This document shows positions 57,135-64,000 of a DNA stretch of 64,000 bases, one piece after another. The DNA comes from Pontiella sp. (GTDB lineage Bacteria > Verrucomicrobiota > Kiritimatiellia > Kiritimatiellales > Pontiellaceae). Position numbers and translations under genes: made by a program. The stretch is from the NCBI GenBank assembly GCA_050290185.1, contig JBNKHE010000009.1, forward strand, positions 96,001-160,000, read 5' to 3'. How positions within the stretch are numbered: position 1 is the stretch's first letter; every line of letters begins with the position of its first letter. The notes beneath the pieces were generated by a model. That model worked only from the letters and a program-made list of their open reading frames with translations. It ran no database searches and was not told the origin of the DNA.

Positions 57135-60100
57135 ATGAATATTTGTATGGAATCGGGTTTGTTTAACAGGTGCAGGTTCAATAAGAGCGTCTGTGCGCTA
57201 ATGCTGGGCATGCTGTTTGCGGGTGAGACCGCCTGGAGCTATCCCTACGACGATTCACTCGAAGATTTGCCCGCTTCGGCCGAACAACATGGATACGAGA
57301 GCCGCACCGAGGGCGTGGTTAATACCTACAACATCCCGGTGAGCAACTACCCTCCAGTCGTCCAATTCAATTCGATCCGAGGCGGCAGGGGGGGGAATGC
57401 CAAAGTCAGCCCGGATGTGGGGCAGGATTTTGAATCGTGGGGCGGGAAGGGCGCGAATGTCACGGCGGAGTTCGTGATCGATCCCTACGCGGACGAGGCA
57501 TTGCGTCCCGGCGGCGAGCTGCGCTTCATCCTCGGAAGCAAGGGCGAAAGACGCTTCAGAAACGACGCGGCCGGCGGCGGGGGCGGCGGCGGGACGGCGG
57601 TGCTCTACCGGCCGCCGGAAGAAGGTGCCGAATGGATCATCCTAGCGGTCGCCGGTGGTGGCGGTGGTGCGGGAGGCGCCGCTATCCCTTCTGACTATTC
57701 TCGTGATGGCTATGATGCCGAGACCGGCACGGCAGGTGGCGATGGTCGTTCCCATAGCGATTCCGGCGGAACCAATGGAGGGAGTGGAACTGGATTGACT
57801 AGCGGCGATGCGATTTTCGTAGGCGGCGGAGGCGGGGCCTTCGGCGGGGGCAGCGACGGCCCTTACGGCGAGAAGGGGGGAAGCTCCGGTGGTGCCGGGG
57901 GATCCCGCAGTGCGGACGGTGGCTTCGGCTTCGGTGGCGGTGGCGCAGGCGACGCACGGTCCGCCACACTTTATCATGACCCCGATGGCTATGGCGGTGG
58001 GGGCGGCGGTTACTCGGGAGGCGGTGCCGCGGATAGCGGCGGTGGGGGCGGGGGCGGCAGCTTCCTGCACGCTTGGGCCATCGACGGTTCGATCAGCGTT
58101 CCGTCAAGCTCCGCCTTCGACAACGGATTCGTCAACTTCACTGCTTTGCCTGACGTTGGCTCAGGTTCCCTGCCCGGTCCGGTGATCGAGCTCTACGGCG
58201 ATGCGACCTCGATCACAATAAACGACTACGATATTTCGGACTACACGGATTTCACCGTCACCGCCGAGGATGTTTATGGAAACACCGCCAGCGTGCAGTC
58301 CACCCTCCCTAACTTCAACGGCGCGGGCACCTACACCGCGAGCTTCACCGCCACCGACCAGTTTGGAACGCAAACCAGCGTGACGCAGACGATCGAGGTG
58401 AGCTACAACAAGCCGACCTTCGCGATCCAGGGCGACGTTACAGCCGATGAAGACTCCGGCGAATACTCGGATTACGGCTTCGCTTATGATTTCAATGCCA
58501 ACGATGAGGGCCAGTCGCTGGATTCCTATGAAGTGACCAACGACAACAACGCACTTTTCGCCACGCAACCCGCCGTCAACAACAGCGGAAGTCTGACCTT
58601 TACCCCCGCCGACAATGCCCACGGATCGGCAGTCGTGACGATTGTTGCAATCGATAATCCGGATGATCCAACCAATGGAACGTCGGAGCCGGTGACGTTC
58701 ACCATCACGGTCAACAGCGTGGATGATCCGCCAACCGGCTTTTCTCTCTCGGCCACTTCCATCAATGAGAACCTGACCGTGGTCGGCACGATCTCGGCCA
58801 CCGATCCTTTTGGAGGTACAGTCAGCTATGCCATCACTGGAGGGGGGGACAGGGAATTATTCTCCCTGGATGCTGAAAGCGGCGAGCTTTCATTCATCTC
58901 AGCACCCGATTACGAGTTGCCGAAAGATTTCGACCATAACAATAGTTTTTGGATTCGGGTCACCGTGACCGGCAGCGATGGTTCGAAAGACAGGGGTTAT
59001 CAGTTGTTCGTGCTCGACGTGGCGGGGCCGTCCGATCTGGGTATCTCCAGCCAGATGATCGCGGAAAACACCTCCGTGGTCGGAACCGTCAGTGCAACGA
59101 ACAACCCCAATGGCGATGCGCTGGCCTATGCCCTGGCGGGCGGTGCCGACGAAGCGTTTTTCCAGATCGATTCCGCTTCGGGCGCGCTGTCGTTTAGCAA
59201 CGCGCCGAACTACGAGGTGCCGTTCGACGCCGACAGCAACAACACCTATGTCGTCATGGTTCAGGCGACCGGCGAGGAAGGATCCGCAACCAATACCTTC
59301 GAAATCGGGGTAACGGACGCCAACGACGCCCCGACAGAACCCGTGCTCGACAGCAAGTATTGCTATGAGAACACCACCTATGTCGGTACGGCTTCGTCCA
59401 CCGATGAAGATAGCGATACGCTCGAATACCAGATCGTGGGTGGCTACGACCAGGATCTGTTCCTGATCGATCCGGCCTCGGGCGCCATTTCCTTCATCAA
59501 CCCGCCGGACTACGAGAATCCGTTGGACCATAACGGCGACAACAAATACAAGCTTCAGGTTCGCGCCACGGATGGAACCGCCGATTCAACCTTCGCGCAC
59601 TTCACCATCATTGTCGTGGATGTGGATGAGGTGCCGGGCATCGGTATCACGACCACCAACCAGACCGTGGCATATGGCGTGACGGAGATCTCGATCATCG
59701 GAACCAACAATGAATGGGTCGTCGGAAACCTGGTTTGGAGCAACGCCTTGACCACATCCAGCGGCACGGTGGCGGTTTCGGGAACCAGCTTCTCGATTCC
59801 CTCCATTGCGCTCGATAGGGGCACAAACGTGATTACCGTCACCGGTACCAATTCGGTGGGATCTTCGGCAAGCGATTCAGTGACCATCGTTCGCGAATCG
59901 ACTCCGATCTATGACGGCGTGATCTATGTGAATGCGAGTACACCGTCGACTGCCAATGATCAGGACGGAACCTCCTGGAGCACGGCCTTCGAAGATCTTC
60001 AGGATGCACTGGCCGTTGCGACGACACAGGAAATCTGGGTGGCCGCGGGCATCTATTATCCCGACGAAGCGGCGGCGGGATTTGCCGGCGTGACGGACGG

Positions 60101-61457
60101 AGACACCAGTTTGCTGTTTGAATTACCGGACGATGCCCCGGTCTACGGGGGATTTGCTGGGACGGAATCCAGCCGGGGCGAACGCGATCCGGCCTCCAAC
60201 ATCACCGTGTTGAGCGGTGATATCGACCAGAACGATACAACCGACGGTTTCGGGGTGCTTCCATCCGCGGATGGAAATATGGTCGGCACGAACTCGGCTG
60301 TTGTAGTACAGGGTTCTTCGGACCTGAGCTCGCTGCTGGACGGCTTTACGATTACCGGCGGAGATGGCGGCCCGGCTCCCATAACGAGTGGAGGTCGCTA
60401 CCGGAACTGCATCGTCCAGGGAAACTATGGAACCTACAGCGGGGGTCGCTTGGGACTGGGCGAACCGCTGTCGCTGGAAGAATGCGACTTCATCAACAAT
60501 GTGGGCGACGGCGTGGGGGCCGTGGATGTGTACAGTGCTACGGACATCACCATCGTTTCCTGCCGTTTCCTAGGTAACCGTTCGATAAATAACAGCTCGC
60601 ATTCGGCCGGAGCCCTGATACTTGGAGCCCAGGATATTGGATTGACCAATTGTCTGTTCTCGGGCAACAGCGGGGCACTTAACGGGGCCATCCGGTTCCG
60701 GCAAAGCGGCTCGCTTCAACTGGTCAACTGCACGGTTGTCGGAAACTCCGCCAGCGATACCAACGCGACCGTTAGCGGGGCCGGTGGATTGTCCGCTGAC
60801 ACGAATGCCGCCGTTTCGGTCTATAACTCGATCATCTGGAACAACAGCGCGCCGGAAAACGACAATGCCTTCGGTATCGATGCGCAGGTGGCCAGTCTGG
60901 TTGGCGGCGGAAGTACGGCCGATGGCAATCTGGACGAGGATCCGGTGTTTGCGGACAACGACCATCGTCTGGATTTCACTTCGCCCTGCATCAACGCCGG
61001 AAGCAATGCGTTGGTTAACGTTTCGACCGATCTCGACGGCAACGCCCGCATCTACGACAGCATCGTCGACATGGGCTGCTACGAAGCAATCGACGACGGC
61101 GCGGACTCCGACGGCGACACCCTGACCGACTACGCCGAAGGCGTGCACTATGGCTCCGACCCCGCTCTGGCCGACACCGACGGCGACGGCTCCAACGACG
61201 GCGACGAAGCCTTCATCGGCTCCGACCTGCTGTCGGCATCTTCCGTCTTCAGGTCCGCCATTCAGAACATCGGCTCCGGCAACGTGCAAATCAGCTGGCC
61301 ACAGTTTAATTCCGGCCTTCGCTACACGCTGACAGGATGCACCAATCTCGTGGAAGGAAGTTGGTTCTATGTCGGTTCCACCACATCGAGCAACCTGACC
61401 GATGCCGTTGACGGCGACAGTGTCTTTTACCGGGTCGAGGTGAGCGAAAACAAATAG
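57135..61457 (+). CDS. Large secreted protein: glycine-rich (ALK/LTK-like) domain, Ig and cadherin repeats, beta-helix/choice-of-anchor-Q-like region, TSP3-like repeats and C-terminal FYR domain
   Basis: VAGGGGGA, GFGFGGGG, GGGGGYSGG, GGGGGSF; three cadherin units GG.D..LF.ID..SG.L.F...PDYE.P.D; start after AAGGAG at 57121. Confidence 0.8.
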   Translation: MNICMESGLFNRCRFNKSVCALMLGMLFAGETAWSYPYDDSLEDLPASAEQHGYESRTEGVVNTYNIPVSNYPPVVQFNSIRGGRGGNAKVSPDVGQDFESWGGKGANVTAEFVIDPYADEALRPGGELRFILGSKGERRFRNDAAGGGGGGGTAVLYRPPEEGAEWIILAVAGGGGGAGGAAIPSDYSRDGYDAETGTAGGDGRSHSDSGGTNGGSGTGLTSGDAIFVGGGGGAFGGGSDGPYGEKGGSSGGAGGSRSADGGFGFGGGGAGDARSATLYHDPDGYGGGGGGYSGGGAADSGGGGGGGSFLHAWAIDGSISVPSSSAFDNGFVNFTALPDVGSGSLPGPVIELYGDATSITINDYDISDYTDFTVTAEDVYGNTASVQSTLPNFNGAGTYTASFTATDQFGTQTSVTQTIEVSYNKPTFAIQGDVTADEDSGEYSDYGFAYDFNANDEGQSLDSYEVTNDNNALFATQPAVNNSGSLTFTPADNAHGSAVVTIVAIDNPDDPTNGTSEPVTFTITVNSVDDPPTGFSLSATSINENLTVVGTISATDPFGGTVSYAITGGGDRELFSLDAESGELSFISAPDYELPKDFDHNNSFWIRVTVTGSDGSKDRGYQLFVLDVAGPSDLGISSQMIAENTSVVGTVSATNNPNGDALAYALAGGADEAFFQIDSASGALSFSNAPNYEVPFDADSNNTYVVMVQATGEEGSATNTFEIGVTDANDAPTEPVLDSKYCYENTTYVGTASSTDEDSDTLEYQIVGGYDQDLFLIDPASGAISFINPPDYENPLDHNGDNKYKLQVRATDGTADSTFAHFTIIVVDVDEVPGIGITTTNQTVAYGVTEISIIGTNNEWVVGNLVWSNALTTSSGTVAVSGTSFSIPSIALDRGTNVITVTGTNSVGSSASDSVTIVRESTPIYDGVIYVNASTPSTANDQDGTSWSTAFEDLQDALAVATTQEIWVAAGIYYPDEAAAGFAGVTDGDTSLLFELPDDAPVYGGFAGTESSRGERDPASNITVLSGDIDQNDTTDGFGVLPSADGNMVGTNSAVVVQGSSDLSSLLDGFTITGGDGGPAPITSGGRYRNCIVQGNYGTYSGGRLGLGEPLSLEECDFINNVGDGVGAVDVYSATDITIVSCRFLGNRSINNSSHSAGALILGAQDIGLTNCLFSGNSGALNGAIRFRQSGSLQLVNCTVVGNSASDTNATVSGAGGLSADTNAAVSVYNSIIWNNSAPENDNAFGIDAQVASLVGGGSTADGNLDEDPVFADNDHRLDFTSPCINAGSNALVNVSTDLDGNARIYDSIVDMGCYEAIDDGADSDGDTLTDYAEGVHYGSDPALADTDGDGSNDGDEAFIGSDLLSASSVFRSAIQNIGSGNVQISWPQFNSGLRYTLTGCTNLVEGSWFYVGSTTSSNLTDAVDGDSVFYRVEVSENK

Positions 61458-61483
61458 GGAGGATTCCGGTCGTTGGGTCATCA

Positions 61484-61555
61484 CCTCGCAGAGACGCGGA
61501 GAGCGCAGAGCAACTTCTGTGTATGAATCTTTGCGCCCTCCGCGCCTCTGCGAGG
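61484..61555. repeat. Inverted repeat of the CGCAGAG family between convergent genes
   Basis: cctcgcagagacgcggagagcgcagag ... ctttgcgccctccgcgcctctgcgagg. Confidence 0.75.
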
Positions 61556-61597
61556 AATATAGACACGCCTATTTGTTCATTCGTGGTCGTGGAACTT

Positions 61598-63100
61598 CTA
61601 GCTGTTCAACGGTAGCCGAATCGTGAATCTGGTTTCCACGCGAGGGGTGCTTGCTACGGAAAGGGTGCCGCCGTGGGCGGTAACGATGGCGTGGCAGATG
61701 GCGAGGCCGAGGCCGATGTTGGTGTGGTTCCGGTTTTTCCGGGCCGTGTGATCGTGGAAAAACCGGTCGAACAGTTTGTCGAGGTTGTCGCTCTTGATCC
61801 CTGTTCCGTTGTCGATCACTTCGATAACGGCGGCGTCGGGTTCCTGCCGTGTTCGCAGGACGATTTCGACGGGATCGGGGTTGTGCTGCAACGCGTTGTT
61901 TACGAGGTTGGTGATCACCTGCTCCATGCGGAAGGGATCGCAATAAACCCGCTTTCCGCGCAGCTCCGTTTTCAACTGACCGCCCTGTGCCGTAACATGG
62001 GGCTGCAGATCATCGGCCAGACTTTGGATCAGGGCATCCAGCGGCAGGTCTTCGCATTCCAGTTTGCACATACCGGAATCGTAGCGTGACAGGTCGAGCA
62101 GATCGGTCACGATACGGTTGAGCTTTTCCGCCGAACGTTGGCAGCTTTCCAGGGTTTCCCGGTATTCCCCGGGTGTCCGTTCCTTTTTCAGTCCGAGGGC
62201 AATCCTGCCGATGAGTGCCGTCAGGGGATTTTTCAGTTCGTGCGAGGCATCGGCGGTGAAGCGGACCTGCTGTGCGAACAGCGACTCCAGTTTCGCAAAG
62301 TTTTCATTCAGATGCCGGGTCAGCTGGGTCAGCTCGAGGGTGTTGCCTCGTTTGGTTTTCGGAATGCGGCGGTCCAGCTTGCCGGCGGCAATTTCCTCCG
62401 TGGTCCGATAGATCGGTTTCAGGGGTCTGAGTGAATAGCCGACCAGAATCCCGCCGGTCGTGGTGCCGATCAGGAAGATCAGGAAACACACGCCGGCGAT
62501 TTCCCATTTCAGCAGGGCCATTTCCTTGTTCAGTTCCTGTAGGTCGAACCCTACAACGGTCTGTTCCCTCGGATTGATGTTGAGCATTTCACGGAATCGG
62601 CCGCTGCGCGTACGCGCCCAGTAGCCTTCCGAATTGTTTGGTGGCGGCTGTAGGTCGGGGGCTGTGGTGGATTTGTAAAGGAGTGTCCGGTCAAACCGGT
62701 CCCAGACCAAGACGTAGAATCCGAGATAGGCATACTTCGTCTCGGCCAGATCAGAGGGTTTGATCCATGGTTCCGGTTGGTTTGGATCGGATTGTTGGCC
62801 GGGCGGAGCAAGCTGCGACAGCCTGCTCCATCCTTCAGGTAGACGGTCGTGATCATCCTGGTCGAACGGTCTTGAGTGGCGGGGGGGGCGTCCGGGAGGG
62901 GGGCCTCCCGGCGGCCCCTCATGGTGTTGCTCCTCCACTTGGTGCACGATAGGATGAATGGTCGAATTGAGAACGAAATCGTATTCGGTTAGACGGTGGA
63001 ACCGCTCGTTGTAATAATAACCGATCCCCACGACCGTTAGCACGGCGGCGAGTACCGCCGCATGCCAGAGCTGGATTTTCCATTTGAGAGAGAGGTTCAT
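61598..63100 (-). CDS. HAMP-containing sensor histidine kinase (TCS 2)
   Basis: SLKWKIQLWH start similar to kinase 1, Pro-rich periplasmic segment, FTADASHELKNP, NLVNNA, GLGLAIC. Confidence 0.92.
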   Translation of the reverse strand: MNLSLKWKIQLWHAAVLAAVLTVVGIGYYYNERFHRLTEYDFVLNSTIHPIVHQVEEQHHEGPPGGPPPGRPPRHSRPFDQDDHDRLPEGWSRLSQLAPPGQQSDPNQPEPWIKPSDLAETKYAYLGFYVLVWDRFDRTLLYKSTTAPDLQPPPNNSEGYWARTRSGRFREMLNINPREQTVVGFDLQELNKEMALLKWEIAGVCFLIFLIGTTTGGILVGYSLRPLKPIYRTTEEIAAGKLDRRIPKTKRGNTLELTQLTRHLNENFAKLESLFAQQVRFTADASHELKNPLTALIGRIALGLKKERTPGEYRETLESCQRSAEKLNRIVTDLLDLSRYDSGMCKLECEDLPLDALIQSLADDLQPHVTAQGGQLKTELRGKRVYCDPFRMEQVITNLVNNALQHNPDPVEIVLRTRQEPDAAVIEVIDNGTGIKSDNLDKLFDRFFHDHTARKNRNHTNIGLGLAICHAIVTAHGGTLSVASTPRVETRFTIRLPLNS

Positions 63101-63118
63101 TTCGCTTTGCCTCATGAA

Positions 63119-63146
63119 GGCACTGGGCATTAGGCACTAGGCATCA
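63119..63146. repeat. Tandem 7-nt repeat (GGCAYYR x4)
   Basis: ggcactg ggcatta ggcacta ggcatca. Confidence 0.65.
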
Positions 63147-63207
63147 GTAACAACCTGTCCAGACCTGCACCTGTTTCTTTCTCCACTATTGCCTCTTGCC
63201 TGCATTC

Positions 63208-63873
63208 CTACGCTCCTCGGGCCGTAGGAATGATATACCCCTGTCCTCTGCGATTCTGCAGGAATTCTTTGCCCAGTTTTTTACGAATATTGTAGATGTG
63301 CACATCGAGCACGTTGGAAAACTCCTCCTCGTCTTCAATCGACAGGTTTTCGCAGAGCGTGGTGCGGCTGACCAGGGTTCCCGCCCGTCGCACCAGCACT
63401 TCAAGAATGCTGTATTGCGCCGGCGAAAGTTTTACCTCCTCCCCATCCTTAAATACCTGATGCGCCGCCGTATCAATGGTGACCCGTCCGATTTCAATTT
63501 CATTGCTGGCAATGCCCGTGGAGCGCCGTACCAATGCGCGCACGCGGGCAATCAGCTCATTCGGATTAAATGGCTTAACCAGGTAGTCGTCCGCCCCGCC
63601 ATCCAACCCACGGATCCGGTCATCCACCTCGCCCTTCGCCGTCAGCATCAGCACCGGGGTGGTTTTTTCCTTCCGCAGTTCGGAAAGCACCTGCCAGCCG
63701 TCCTTTTCCGGCAGTTGTATATCGAGCAGGATTACATCAAATTCCCACTCAAGCGCCAGATAGAGCCCTTCCGCCCCGTTCTCGCTGGACTCGACGTTGC
63801 AGCCTACTTCGGCCAGCACCTGCACCACGGAATTGCGAACCTCAAAATCGTCCTCCACCACCAATATTTTCAT
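63208..63873 (-). CDS. OmpR-family response regulator (TCS 2)
   Basis: MKILVVEDD, LDIQLP..DG, GADDYLVKPF, SNVLDVHIYNIRKKLG, RRGQGY. Confidence 0.95.
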   Translation of the reverse strand: MKILVVEDDFEVRNSVVQVLAEVGCNVESSENGAEGLYLALEWEFDVILLDIQLPEKDGWQVLSELRKEKTTPVLMLTAKGEVDDRIRGLDGGADDYLVKPFNPNELIARVRALVRRSTGIASNEIEIGRVTIDTAAHQVFKDGEEVKLSPAQYSILEVLVRRAGTLVSRTTLCENLSIEDEEEFSNVLDVHIYNIRKKLGKEFLQNRRGQGYIIPTARGA

Positions 63874-63911
63874 GCCGGCATTTATAAGCATTCCCCATCC
63901 ATAACACAGGT

Positions 63912-63931
63912 ACTATTAATAAAAACTTAAT
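63912..63931 (-). promoter_or_regulatory. Degenerate direct-repeat box, copy 6 (upstream of response regulator 2)
   Basis: Minus strand ATTAAGTTTTTATTAATAGT-N8-TATGGA; same 11-bp TTAA period and the same spacing. Confidence 0.5.
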
Positions 63932-64000
63932 GGCCTATAGGGCGCCGTATTAATTTGCGGTTCAGGAAGGCCGTTAAGATTTCATTCATACTGTATCTGC

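Overview
A 64 kb bacterial chromosomal window with mostly high-GC coding sequence. PEP-CTERM proteins and large secreted proteins with an acidic-repeat plus 'FYR' C-terminal domain suggest a PVC-superphylum organism, probably Kiritimatiellia/Pontiella-like (inference). The first 40 kb is mainly housekeeping: cysJ and partial cysI; a futalosine menaquinone cluster (mqnD, a nucleosidase-prenyltransferase fusion, ubiX, ubiD, menG, mqnA); three tandem secreted trypsin-like proteases; lgt; tcdA; a partial mevalonate operon (fni-mvaS-mvk-pmk); a porin/FMN-binding/RnfC/RnfD mini-operon behind metal-regulator-like palindromes; gap followed by a PEP-CTERM gene bracketed by a duplicated gap 3' end; corA; Moco genes; a sigma54-preceded nirB-nirD fusion; and modABC. 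From 41 to 64 kb lies an accessory island bounded by two paralogous OmpR-family two-component systems. It encodes an EF-hand protein, a 2345-aa triple FG-GAP propeller protein, an arylsulfotransferase/DUF1566 protein, a PEP-CTERM protein and a Gly-rich/cadherin protein. Five promoters in the island share a 20-bp box CTT(A/C)ATC-N4-CTTAAGGTT, with a sixth degenerate copy, which defines a candidate regulon. No rRNA, tRNA or CRISPR array was seen. All product calls are motif recognition by eye; no database searches were run.
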